DNA from: Cytophagales bacterium
Lineage (GTDB): Bacteria; Bacteroidota; Bacteroidia; Cytophagales; Cytophagaceae
DNA: 47,104 nucleotides
Direction: 5' to 3'
Assembly: GCA_043718845.1 (NCBI GenBank)
Contig: JAYSUZ010000286.1
Location: 1-47,104 of the forward strand
Shown: positions 10,287 to 19,894 of the stretch, piece after piece
How positions within the stretch are numbered: position 1 is the stretch's first letter
Layout: every line of letters starts with the position of its first letter
The notes under the pieces: generated by a model
Told to the model about the DNA's origin: nothing
Database searches by the model: none
Seen by the model: only the letters and a program-made list of their open reading frames with translations
Position numbers and translations under genes: made by a program

Positions 10287-11117
10287 TTAATTCTTATAAA
10301 CCCTCACCCAATCCACATACATTTTTTGTGGAAAAACGGCCGTCACGTTTGCAGGATTTGTAAGTGCTGGAGAGAAAAAAGTACCTCCCACCGCCAAGTT
10401 GAAAATAACATAGTAGTTATTGTCACGCAACTCACTTACTTGAGCCGCTGTAATATTGGTCTCGTTAAACTGAATGCCATCAAACCGTGCAATAATAGTT
10501 GTTGCATTCCATTCTACTTCGTAGTAGTGGTAAGCTTGCGAAAGATTTGACGCATTTGTGTAGGATTGTCCAAAATATTCGTGACCATTACTCGCATTGG
10601 ACCAGTGAAGAGTAGAACTTAATGTTTTATCGCCATCGGTATCACCGCCTCTCATTTCTAAAATATCGATTTCACCACAAGCAGGCCAGGTACTCGATGA
10701 AACGCCCAACATCCAGAAAGCAGGCCACATCCCATAGCCTTCCGGCAGTTTCATTTTTGCTACTATTTTGCCGTATTTGAAAGAATATTTACCATAACTA
10801 TCAATTTTCCCAGAGGTAAAACTATTTCCTCCATAATTTTCTCTATTCGCTGTAATAACAAGGTTGCCATTTTCTACGGCCACATTTTCAGAACGATAAT
10901 TTTGTAATTCTTGGTTACCATAGCCTCCTCCTCCTCGTGAGTATTTCCATTTTGAGGTATTCAATGCCGTACTGTCAAATTCGTCGGCCCAGGAAAGCGT
11001 CCATCCTGTACCCGGATTATAGTCTGGAGCGGTTACTGCTGCGGTAGGATTTGTAGTTGTCTTTTTGCACGAAAATGCTAAAATTGACACTATTAGAAGC
11101 ATTGGGATGTAGTTCAT
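10287..11117 (-). CDS. Glycoside hydrolase family 16 (laminarinase / beta-glucanase), lipoprotein
   Basis: GH16 catalytic motif GEIDILEMRG (ExDxxE) and WSWADEFD. The signal peptide ends in a lipobox-like AFSCKK. The ORF-track start at 11135 is a GTG; the ATG at 11117 (MNYIPMLLIV) is preferred. Confidence 0.85.
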   Translation of the reverse strand: MNYIPMLLIVSILAFSCKKTTTNPTAAVTAPDYNPGTGWTLSWADEFDSTALNTSKWKYSRGGGGYGNQELQNYRSENVAVENGNLVITANRENYGGNSFTSGKIDSYGKYSFKYGKIVAKMKLPEGYGMWPAFWMLGVSSSTWPACGEIDILEMRGGDTDGDKTLSSTLHWSNASNGHEYFGQSYTNASNLSQAYHYYEVEWNATTIIARFDGIQFNETNITAAQVSELRDNNYYVIFNLAVGGTFFSPALTNPANVTAVFPQKMYVDWVRVYKN

Positions 11118-11367
11118 ATATCTTTTAAATTGCACTATTAATTATACGATAAATACCATTATAAAAACTACATCTGATACTATTTTAACTAAAATAAAAG
11201 ATAGATTACACCTTGTTTCCTCCTCGTTTATACTTCTTGGTAGCAATAGATAGCGATGTAAGTAATAAAATATAAGTTAGTTACAACTGCGCTTAGTTAT
11301 TCTGCATCACCAGAAACACCATTTAATTATCCTTTTCATTTTTGACGCCGTTCTTCCGAACATTAAA

Positions 11368-11412
11368 AATGCGCCTTCTTTTCTACTGTTTGGTTAGAAA
11401 AGAAGGCGCATT
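11368..11412 (-). terminator. Intrinsic terminator downstream of the 11446-12333 gene
   Basis: Perfect 17-bp stem aatgcgccttcttttct (11368-11384) / agaaaagaaggcgcatt (11396-11412) with an 11-nt loop. On the minus strand it is followed by ttt. Confidence 0.65.
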
Positions 11413-11445
11413 GCAGTAGACGAAACATCAGCACAAACAAGTACT

Positions 11446-12333
11446 CTATTTTACTAATTTATAAGATGTACTATTTCCTTCCAAGTCTCTTACAGACAAT
11501 ACATAAGCGCCTGATTTTAAATTTTCAACATTTACATTAGCCGCAGTTGTGAACGAAGCAGTTCTTACCACTGCGCCATTTATATCGGCCAATTCGTACG
11601 TCAATGGAGTAGATAGTCCAGTCGTAATACTTACGCTATTAGCCATTGGATTTGGATAAACCGAAACATTTATAGCGTTGCTATTCTTCGTTGTACTCGC
11701 TGCTATAGACATGACTACAGCATTAGAAGCTGTGGCTGATATACACGTAGAGTTGGGATCGTATGCTTTTGCGGTATAGCTGCCTGATATTGTAGGATCG
11801 TACAAGCCTAAGGCAGAATAATACGCCACAGTACCATAATCGCCATCTTTGTAAAAGTTTACGCCGTAAGAATCTAATGCCAGAGTAGCGCCAAGTCTTC
11901 CTGCTGGGTTTTCTTGGATAGCAATAGGGCTTGGAGCAGCTTGAACAACATAGGTACCCGCAGGAGCAGTAAAAGTAGGATAAATCGAATAGGTTACGGA
12001 GGCTTCTACGGCGCAAGTCATTGCTGCACCAAATGGCACAGATGGAACTATAATATTTTTTGTAGCCCCAATAGCAATCCCGTCAGAAATTACTTGCGTT
12101 GAAGTCGCCAATACATTAGGGGTTGGCGTTGCATTATCTTTAATCGTTATTGTAACAGAATAAGGAGATCCAGAGGGAATAGCTACCGCTGTATTATTTG
12201 TTATACCAATTATTACATTATGAACAGTATTTGGACAGCCGAATTTCGGAACAGGATTAGGCGTAATTGCTATTTGAGCAAATAGAGCAAAGGATAAAAC
12301 AACCAAAAAGAAAGACAGTACTGTTTTTTTCAT
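11446..12333 (-). CDS. Secreted protein of unknown function with T9SS C-terminal sorting domain
   Basis: N-terminal signal peptide (FLVVLSFALFAQ). The C-terminus VSVYPNPMANSVSI...GAYVLSV...YKLVK is a T9SS CTD pattern. Confidence 0.7.
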   Translation of the reverse strand: MKKTVLSFFLVVLSFALFAQIAITPNPVPKFGCPNTVHNVIIGITNNTAVAIPSGSPYSVTITIKDNATPTPNVLATSTQVISDGIAIGATKNIIVPSVPFGAAMTCAVEASVTYSIYPTFTAPAGTYVVQAAPSPIAIQENPAGRLGATLALDSYGVNFYKDGDYGTVAYYSALGLYDPTISGSYTAKAYDPNSTCISATASNAVVMSIAASTTKNSNAINVSVYPNPMANSVSITTGLSTPLTYELADINGAVVRTASFTTAANVNVENLKSGAYVLSVRDLEGNSTSYKLVK

Positions 12334-12500
12334 AAAATTTTAAGTTAGTTTACGTTAATTAATTTTCATTAGAGCAGTTACGCTTTCCAATGCCACTTTT
12401 AGCAACGTTAAAAGCAGTGCACATGAATACCTTTTGGGCAAACTATGTAACCCTCTCTTACAAAGTACGCCTTTTTTAATCAAATAACCACTATGCTCAA

Positions 12501-12563
12501 CAAAAAAGCGATTTTACTGTGCTCCAACGATTTGAACATCGTCGAACAGCAGCAAAATCGCTT
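12501..12563 (-). terminator. Long hairpin terminator downstream of the GH3 gene
   Basis: The outer stem pairs 12506-12519 with 12550-12563 (13 of 14 pairs). It encloses an inner acgat/atcgt hairpin. On the minus strand it is followed by tttttg. Confidence 0.5.
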
Positions 12564-12594
12564 CGTGCACGAACTACTTTTTAGAATACCTTCT

Positions 12595-14898
12595 CTATTT
12601 ATTTTTATAGGTAAACCCTACTTTCTGATCTTCCACCATTAGTTCGAAGGCGCCATCTTCGGTTACGGTTTTTAAGTCTGCATTTACAAATGCTAAATCT
12701 GCTTTTGCAATCTCAAACGTTACCATTTTAGATTCACCTGCTTTCAATTCAATTTTTGTAAATTTCCGAAGCCTTCTTTGACACGGCGTGATAGATGCAT
12801 ATAAGTCTTTAGAATAAAGCTCTACCGCTATTTTGCCATCTTTAGCACCAGTATTCTTTACATCAACCGTAACGGTTAATTTTTCATCACCGGTCAACGT
12901 TACTGCATTTACTTTTAGATTAGAATAAGCAAACGTAGTGTAACTCAATCCAAAACCAAAAGGCCATTGTGGACGGTAGCCTGTCAAAGAAAATACGCCA
13001 GGGGTTAGCTCTTCGTCCACTTCTGCAAATTTATAATCGTATGACATCACCATACCGGTGTAGGCTGGGTAAGAATACGGAAGTTTTCCATTTGGATTGT
13101 AATCGCCAAAAAGCACGTCTGCTATAGCCGCTCCGCCTTGGCTTCCTGGCCAGTACGCTTGAAGTACGCCTTTCATACCGCCTACTATTTCTCTTACTAT
13201 TCTTGGTCTGCCTTCTACTAATACCAGTATTACAGGCTTATTTGTAGCGATGGCTACTTTAGCCAACTCCAGTTGATTTTTATCCAACGTCAAGTCAAAG
13301 ATAGTTCCAGGTGTTTCTGCATGTGCATTTTCACCCAAACATAAAATTATATAATCAACCGATTTTGCTTTTGCAGTCAACGCTTCTACATTATATTTCT
13401 CGCCATTTTTATAGAAAGGTTCTGCTATACTTACCACATTTTTTTCACCTATTTTATCGGTGATCGACTGTACAATATTTTTATAAGAAACAGGGTATCG
13501 ACTAGCGTCGTCTCCTTGCCAGCTGTATGACCAGCAGCCGTTCAGCGCCGTAACGCTAGATGCCGCAGGCCCTGCTATCAATACTTTTGCGCTTTTCGAT
13601 AAAGGCAATACCGGCATTCCTTTTACAGAATCATTTTTCAACAAGGTCATCGCCTCTCTTGCGGCTTCCAATGCTAAAATTTTATATTCAGGAAGTCCGA
13701 AATTTTTCTTCGCTTCTTCTTCTCCATAAGGATTGTCAAAAAGACCTGTTTTAAATTTCAAGTCTAAAATACGCGCTACAGACTCGTCAATTCTACTTTG
13801 AGAAACCGTTCCTTCTTTCACTAATTCCAACAATAGGTTGTAAAATGAAAATTCATGAGGTACCATACTCATATCAAGACCCGCTTCAATCGCTATTCTT
13901 ACGGCTTCTTTTGGAGTAGCCGCTATTTTATGACGTGTATGTAACCGAATTACATCTTCCCAGTCGGACACGATCACCCCTTTAAATCCCAACTCGCCTC
14001 TAAGTACATCTGTCAAAAGATATTTGCTAGAGTGTACCGGAATACCATTTATTTCACCTGAATTTATCATCACGGTAGAAGCTCCTGCCTCAACAGCGGC
14101 TTTAAACTGAGGTAAATAATATTCTCTCAATTGGATTTCAGAAATATAAGCAGGTGTTCTATCTTTTCCAGAAGCAGGATTTGAATAGCCTACAAAATGT
14201 TTCATACAAGATGCTACAGCGGTAGTTTTATTAAGCCCATCTTCTTCGTATCCTTTAATCGTTGCCACACCCATTTGAGCAATCAAATAAGGATCTTCGC
14301 CAAACGTTTCTGGAAATCTAGACCATAGCGGCTGACGCGCGATATCCAATACAGGGTCAAAATTCCAACGAATACCGGAAGCACGCGTTTCTTTTGCGGT
14401 TACTTTGGCTCCTGCTTTTACTAACTCTACGTTTCTAGTAGCGGCTTCGGCTATATTATGTGGAAACAACGTAGATTCTTGTGTAAACGTAACACCGTGA
14501 ATTGCATCGATGCCGTATAAAACAGGAATTTTATTAGGACTTTTCATCGCTACATCCTGAATTTCTTTGATTAGGGAATGCCATTTCGTAACACTTAGTG
14601 CACCAGGTACCGCATTCAAAATAGAACCTACTTTATATTTCAACACGGCAGTATCCAACAACGCAGGGTCGATAGAACCGTCTTTACTGCCATAACCGTC
14701 TTTTAAAATTACATTTAAATTTACTTGAGTCATCTGACCTATCTTTTCTTCGATGGACATTTTTGCAAGCAATTCCTTCACCCTTGGGTCTACATCATTT
14801 CCTGAAACGGAGGTACTTTTATTTTCGCCTCCTTGCTTTGAACAAGAAAAGAGTACTAGTAAAGCCGCTGAATAAACAACTACGGATATTTTTTTCAT
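12595..14898 (-). CDS. bglX: Glycoside hydrolase family 3 beta-glucosidase (BglX-like), lipoprotein
   Basis: GH3 motifs: GIDAIHG, KHFVGY, and GFKGVIVSDWEDV containing the nucleophile Asp. There is a C-terminal Fn3-like domain and an N-terminal LFSCSK lipobox. Confidence 0.9.
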   Translation of the reverse strand: MKKISVVVYSAALLVLFSCSKQGGENKSTSVSGNDVDPRVKELLAKMSIEEKIGQMTQVNLNVILKDGYGSKDGSIDPALLDTAVLKYKVGSILNAVPGALSVTKWHSLIKEIQDVAMKSPNKIPVLYGIDAIHGVTFTQESTLFPHNIAEAATRNVELVKAGAKVTAKETRASGIRWNFDPVLDIARQPLWSRFPETFGEDPYLIAQMGVATIKGYEEDGLNKTTAVASCMKHFVGYSNPASGKDRTPAYISEIQLREYYLPQFKAAVEAGASTVMINSGEINGIPVHSSKYLLTDVLRGELGFKGVIVSDWEDVIRLHTRHKIAATPKEAVRIAIEAGLDMSMVPHEFSFYNLLLELVKEGTVSQSRIDESVARILDLKFKTGLFDNPYGEEEAKKNFGLPEYKILALEAAREAMTLLKNDSVKGMPVLPLSKSAKVLIAGPAASSVTALNGCWSYSWQGDDASRYPVSYKNIVQSITDKIGEKNVVSIAEPFYKNGEKYNVEALTAKAKSVDYIILCLGENAHAETPGTIFDLTLDKNQLELAKVAIATNKPVILVLVEGRPRIVREIVGGMKGVLQAYWPGSQGGAAIADVLFGDYNPNGKLPYSYPAYTGMVMSYDYKFAEVDEELTPGVFSLTGYRPQWPFGFGLSYTTFAYSNLKVNAVTLTGDEKLTVTVDVKNTGAKDGKIAVELYSKDLYASITPCQRRLRKFTKIELKAGESKMVTFEIAKADLAFVNADLKTVTEDGAFELMVEDQKVGFTYKNK

Positions 14899-15136
14899 AC
14901 GAATGGGTTTATAATTTTAAGGGTTAAAATGATTCAATAAATGGTAATATTACAAGTTTTAACTATAAAGCATACTGGATTTATTTATATTTTTTATCAA
15001 TAAAGTCAATATAGCAGTTTGGCAAAGATATTCCATTAATCGATTACAACCAAGAAATTAGTCACTTTATACCTTATTTGTTATAAATCAACCAACCTCC
15101 TGATATATAGAGTTATTAAAGCAGAAAAAAATAAAA

Positions 15137-15877
15137 TTATTGTGCAGAAACCCCTGATATTATATAATTGGCTTCGTTTACTACCAATTCTCCATTCCTT
15201 AATACAGGAATAATAGGGTAGGTATCGCGCTGCAAGCAAAATGCTATATCTTTTATAATAGAAAGCCCTTGCAATCGTTTGGCATGAGAAGAGTTTTTCA
15301 AAAAGGCCAACATATCCTCTTTGGCCATTTTATACAGCGCCAATGCCGCTATAGCCGAGTCGTTTTCAGTATCAAAAGACGTAACCAATAGATCCACCAA
15401 CGCTCCCGCAAAAATTGTATCTTCTAGGTTCACTTTGCCTTTCCAACCGGCACAAAGGATCATAACATCTTTATCCTGACTTTTTAAATAATTTGCTACG
15501 GCTGTGATGTTTAAAAAAGCACCGATCACTACTTCGTCAGCATTTAAGGAGCGCGATATCGCCAACGTGCCATTGGTAGTGGTCACCGCCAGTTTCTTAC
15601 CTACAAAACTTTTGTCCATATAGGTAAACGGCGAGTTGCCAAAATCGAACCCTTCCACGGTTTTTCCATCCCTTTCCGCAGCAGCCAAATAGCCACTATC
15701 TTTCAGCACCTGACACTCTTCTACCGAAGCTACAGGCGTAATACTTTTAATGCCGTGTGCCAATGCCGTAACCATAACAGAAGTAGCACGCAGAATATCC
15801 ACCACTACTACTACTTTATTTTCTACCCCGTATGTTTTTACAAGATCAGGCGTAAGGCAAACTTCTACTACTTTCAT
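15137..15877 (-). CDS. 2-phosphosulfolactate phosphatase family protein (ComB-like)
   Basis: VVVVDILRATSVMVTAL and FDFGNSP motifs typical of the ComB/PF04029 family. Length is about 245 aa. Confidence 0.75.
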   Translation of the reverse strand: MKVVEVCLTPDLVKTYGVENKVVVVVDILRATSVMVTALAHGIKSITPVASVEECQVLKDSGYLAAAERDGKTVEGFDFGNSPFTYMDKSFVGKKLAVTTTNGTLAISRSLNADEVVIGAFLNITAVANYLKSQDKDVMILCAGWKGKVNLEDTIFAGALVDLLVTSFDTENDSAIAALALYKMAKEDMLAFLKNSSHAKRLQGLSIIKDIAFCLQRDTYPIIPVLRNGELVVNEANYIISGVSAQ

Positions 15878-15897
15878 TTGATTACAGATTTAGGCTA

Positions 15898-17001
15898 TTA
15901 TTTTTTCAGAAAAGGCATTTTTACAACTTGCGCCTTATACGATTTATTTCTAATATTAATATAGATTTCTTTGCCTGGCTGAGCATAGTCGATACGTACA
16001 TAGCCCATCCCTACTGCTTTTGATAGCGTAGGCGATTGGGTACCGGAGGTTACGTTTCCTATAATTTCATTTTGCTCGTTAAGGATTTCGTAGTGACCAC
16101 GAGCTATCCCTCTATCAATCATTTCAAACCCAACCAATTTACGGCTTGCGCCTTTTTCTTTTTGAGAAAGCAATAGATCGGAATCGGTAAATTTCTTTGT
16201 AAATTTTGTAATCCAACTAAGTCCTGCCTCTATTGGAGAGGTGGTATCGTCTATATCATTGCCATAAAGGCAAAAGCCCATTTCCAACCGCAACGTATCG
16301 CGTGCGCCAAGTCCTATAGGCTTAATTCCAAATGCTGCTCCAGCTTCGAATATTTTATTCCAAACACTCAAGGCATCTTTTTTGTCTAGAAATAATTCAA
16401 ACCCTCCAGCACCGGTATAACCCGTATTAGAAATGTACACATTCTCGGCTCCCGCTATCGAGCCTATCACAAATGAATAATACGAAATAGCAGAAAGGTC
16501 TACAGAAGTAAGTTTTTGAAGCGTAGCAATCGCTTGTGGCCCTTGTACTGCAAATAGACAGAGCGCATCCGAAAGGTTCGTCATTTCTACGCCTTCGGTA
16601 TTATTTTGTTTTACCCAGTCCCAATCTTTGTCGATGTTAGAAGCATTTACCACCAATAAATAGTCGTTTTTGCCAGAGCGGTAAACCAATATATCGTCCA
16701 CAATACCGCCTTTACTGTTAGGAAAGCACGAATACTGGGCTTTCCCGATTTCCAATACAGATGCATCGTTTGTCGTGATTCGCTGAATCAAATCCAACGC
16801 TTTTTCTCCTGACAGCATAAATTCGCCCATGTGCGAAACGTCAAAAATACCTACTGCATTTCGAACCGTAGCGTGTTCTTCTAAGTCAGAACTATAGCGT
16901 ACAGGCATATTGAAGCCTGCAAAAGGCACCATTTTAGCACCTAACTTTTCGTGAAGGTCATTTAAAGGAACCTTCTTAATTTCAGTTTGTAGAATATCCA
17001 T
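15898..17001 (-). CDS. gcvT: Glycine cleavage system aminomethyltransferase T
   Basis: [44 protein letters not shown]. Confidence 0.95.
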   Translation of the reverse strand: MDILQTEIKKVPLNDLHEKLGAKMVPFAGFNMPVRYSSDLEEHATVRNAVGIFDVSHMGEFMLSGEKALDLIQRITTNDASVLEIGKAQYSCFPNSKGGIVDDILVYRSGKNDYLLVVNASNIDKDWDWVKQNNTEGVEMTNLSDALCLFAVQGPQAIATLQKLTSVDLSAISYYSFVIGSIAGAENVYISNTGYTGAGGFELFLDKKDALSVWNKIFEAGAAFGIKPIGLGARDTLRLEMGFCLYGNDIDDTTSPIEAGLSWITKFTKKFTDSDLLLSQKEKGASRKLVGFEMIDRGIARGHYEILNEQNEIIGNVTSGTQSPTLSKAVGMGYVRIDYAQPGKEIYINIRNKSYKAQVVKMPFLKK

Positions 17002-17015
17002 AATATATAAGACTG

Positions 17016-17023
17016 CAAAAATA
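17016..17023 (-). promoter_or_regulatory. Bacteroidota-type -7 box TATTTTTG upstream of gcvT
   Basis: The reverse complement of caaaaata matches TAnnTTTG, 14 nt upstream of the gcvT ATG. Confidence 0.4.
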
Positions 17024-17084
17024 CACTAAAAATCATTCGGACTGAAACCAATCTTCTACTTTAGCCCCTATTTTTGATGAAATA

Positions 17085-17681
17085 TTAAAATAATTCAAGA
17101 TTTTTGGGCTTCAATTTAAATGTTTTTCGATGCAAGGGGGTATACCCAAATTTTTCAATGGCTAATCGATGGATTTCGGTACCGTAGCCCATGTTCCGCT
17201 CCCAACCGTAGTAAGGGTATTTTAGTGCAAATGCCGTCATCAATTCGTCTCGATAGGTTTTTGCCAAAATCGAAGCTGCAGCTATAGATAAATATTTCCC
17301 ATCGCCTTTTACGATGCATTCGTACGGAATTTCTTTGTACTTTTTAAACCGATTGCCGTCTATCAAAAGTAGTTCGGGCACACTGCTCAGCTTGTCCAAT
17401 GCATGGTGCATGGCTTTAAAAGAAGCGTTGAGGATATTGATTTTATCGATTTCCACTTCTGATATTTCGGCCACCGCAAAACAGAGTGCTTCCTTCTCTA
17501 TTTCGATCCTTAAAATATCCCGCTGTTTAGCGGTTAGCTTTTTAGAATCATTCAATAATTTATGTTTGTATTGTTTTGGCAAAATAACCGCTGCTGCCAC
17601 CACTGGGCCAGCCAAACACCCTCTGCCGGCCTCATCGAGCCCTGCTTCTAGTTTATCTTTGGTGAAATAGGATTTTAGCAT
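17085..17681 (-). CDS. rnhB: Ribonuclease HII
   Basis: GLDEAGRGCLAGPVV, DSKKL, ASILAK motifs. Length is 198 aa. Confidence 0.95.
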   Translation of the reverse strand: MLKSYFTKDKLEAGLDEAGRGCLAGPVVAAAVILPKQYKHKLLNDSKKLTAKQRDILRIEIEKEALCFAVAEISEVEIDKINILNASFKAMHHALDKLSSVPELLLIDGNRFKKYKEIPYECIVKGDGKYLSIAAASILAKTYRDELMTAFALKYPYYGWERNMGYGTEIHRLAIEKFGYTPLHRKTFKLKPKNLELF

Positions 17682-17707
17682 TGGAGGTTCGCCTTAAAAA
17701 CCAGCTT

Positions 17708-17851
17708 TTACTTTTGATTGGGAAGACCAATCGAACGCATCATTTCATTTGCTTTCTCAACCTTTTTAGGAAATAAAACGACATTGTCATACTTATTCAA
17801 TGACTTATCAATCCGAACGACTGAAACGTCTTTTATAGTAACTTTTTTCAT
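17708..17851 (-). CDS. Small hypothetical protein (47 aa), not in the ORF track
   Basis: Hand translation gives MKKVTIKDVSVVRIDKSLNKYDNVVLFPKKVEKANEMMRSIGLPNQK followed by a stop. It ends 26 nt upstream of rnhB and is co-directional with it. An in-frame alternative ATG lies at 17860. Confidence 0.4.
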   Translation of the reverse strand: MKKVTIKDVSVVRIDKSLNKYDNVVLFPKKVEKANEMMRSIGLPNQK

Positions 17852-17930
17852 AAGAGTCATATTGTAAATATACTATTTTTTTCTTCTAACTAAAAATGAT
17901 TGATATTCGAAATTATAACTAGAATACTAA

Positions 17931-19856
17931 TTACTCACAATTCTCACAATACGTCTTCTTCAGGTACTCGCTATCCAACAACTGAAAACTAATTCCACCT
18001 TTCCCAAAAGGATTAAAAATCGCACAAAAACGTGTGCGGTTCAAATTGATAGCATTGAGCATAATGGAACGATACGGTTTAGACGAAGTCGTTTTAGGCT
18101 GCGCTATTGTTAGGTTTATATAATAAAACAACAAATTTTCTTCCACATCTATCTTGATCGCATAGCTGGCAAGCAACTTCTCTGCCCAGTCGTATTTATG
18201 ATAGGCCACAAAATACTGAGACAGACTAAGCGCATCGCCATCGTTTAACTTTAGCTGACTATAGGTTGTATAAATGTATTTTACCGTTTTATCTTTCTCT
18301 GCATAATTGCGCGCTTGTACTTGGTATTCACTAAGCACAATATGATAATTGACCATCATCCTTAGGATTAAAATTTTATCTATACCCAACTTTCCTAGTG
18401 TTACTATTTCCGCTTTTAGTTTTACGGGATCAATAGTGGCATCCCCGAGCACCCATGATTGCAGTTGAAGTACAGTAAGGTTATAACGTAACCGAATATT
18501 TCCAGGCATCAATACCAATAATTTATTAACCTGATAAATGGTCGACTGTAAAGTACTTTCTTCTTGGCGATAATTAAAAACAGCTACGTTATTAAGCAAC
18601 ATTCCATAATCTTTTTTCTCCGGAATCTCAAGCGACTTCACAAAATCTTGGGGCAATTTATTTTCTTTTACGCTAGAAAAAACCGCTTGTTGAATTTCGA
18701 TTGCCGCATTAAAATCCGCCTTCGACAACGATTCACTAAATAACGTATGAAGTTTGGCCGTATCCTCTTCTATATATTTCACTTTTTTCTCCAATGTTAT
18801 ATGCAAGATGGCTTTACGGTGTTTGCTCAAGTAAGGCTCTAGCTCGGCAGAAAGTTTCTTGTTCTCCAACCGAGCTTTCACTTCTTCTTTAGACAACTCT
18901 TTAAGATATCCATAGTTGGTATTCGAAACGGCTTCAAGAAATTCTACCCAATTTTCAGAAGCACTAATCGTTGCCACAATCGTATCCATCTGAAACGTCT
19001 GCAAGGCTGCTACAATACTTTGAGCTCTTTTTTCTTGCAATTTCACATTGTTATCCAACGTTCCTTCCACCGAAGAATATGCTTTAATAGAAATCGATTT
19101 AATATAAAAATCATTGTGTAAAAGTGAATCGTAGATTGGCTTTACATCTCCTTTTGCATAGATCGATTTGTTTTTTTCAAAAGGTATTTCAAAACGCCAC
19201 TCTTTGCTAAGCAACATCGATTGGGTACGCCTGTTTTTTTCCGTAAGGGTATCCATAAGCAAGTCCATGTCCAGCAGCTTCCATTTCTCGCCACGCAAAT
19301 CATAAAAATTAGAATAATGACAAAGGTATTTATCTTTTAAAAGCAGTAAATTATATTCCAATTCGGCGCCACTCAACCCTTCCGGAATAGGAGCATACTT
19401 CACCACAAACGAACCGTTTTCTAGTTGTACTAAATTATCGTTCATCTCCTTCTGGTACATTGGCTTCATAAGATAGCCGTGGTAGGCCCATGAATTGACC
19501 AATTTATTTTTCGCACCACATACATACCAGCTTTTATCAATAATGTCGATTGCAATTCCATCGCCATTTTTTTCGAAAAATTTACGAAACCAGTTAGGAT
19601 CTGTCATGATAAAATAAATATACCCGTCTTGTGCAAAGGTGCCGTATTTCACATCGTCTGGAATAGTTTGAAGTAAGGTTCTACATTTCGAACATCTTTT
19701 CTCATACTCTTTTAATGGATTTTTAATGCCATATAAATTCGAAGGAACCTTAAACGACTGAGCATTTAGAGTAGAAGAAAAGAAAACAGCAAGCACATAA
19801 TACAACCCCAACTTATGGATACTCTTTAAACAAAAATCAATTGTTATACGAACCAC
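17931..19856 (-). CDS. Hypothetical exported protein (641 aa) with an OmpA-like segment
   Basis: Signal-like N-terminus (LAVFFSSTLNAQ). The central SIKAYSSVEGTLDNNVKLQEKRAQSIVAAL resembles the OmpA_C peptidoglycan-binding motif. The remainder is helical and repeat-like, ending in CENCE. Confidence 0.6.
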   Translation of the reverse strand: MVRITIDFCLKSIHKLGLYYVLAVFFSSTLNAQSFKVPSNLYGIKNPLKEYEKRCSKCRTLLQTIPDDVKYGTFAQDGYIYFIMTDPNWFRKFFEKNGDGIAIDIIDKSWYVCGAKNKLVNSWAYHGYLMKPMYQKEMNDNLVQLENGSFVVKYAPIPEGLSGAELEYNLLLLKDKYLCHYSNFYDLRGEKWKLLDMDLLMDTLTEKNRRTQSMLLSKEWRFEIPFEKNKSIYAKGDVKPIYDSLLHNDFYIKSISIKAYSSVEGTLDNNVKLQEKRAQSIVAALQTFQMDTIVATISASENWVEFLEAVSNTNYGYLKELSKEEVKARLENKKLSAELEPYLSKHRKAILHITLEKKVKYIEEDTAKLHTLFSESLSKADFNAAIEIQQAVFSSVKENKLPQDFVKSLEIPEKKDYGMLLNNVAVFNYRQEESTLQSTIYQVNKLLVLMPGNIRLRYNLTVLQLQSWVLGDATIDPVKLKAEIVTLGKLGIDKILILRMMVNYHIVLSEYQVQARNYAEKDKTVKYIYTTYSQLKLNDGDALSLSQYFVAYHKYDWAEKLLASYAIKIDVEENLLFYYINLTIAQPKTTSSKPYRSIMLNAINLNRTRFCAIFNPFGKGGISFQLLDSEYLKKTYCENCE

Positions 19857-19894
19857 CGAATACTTATTTTAAAACTCGTTTTTAAGAATTAATA

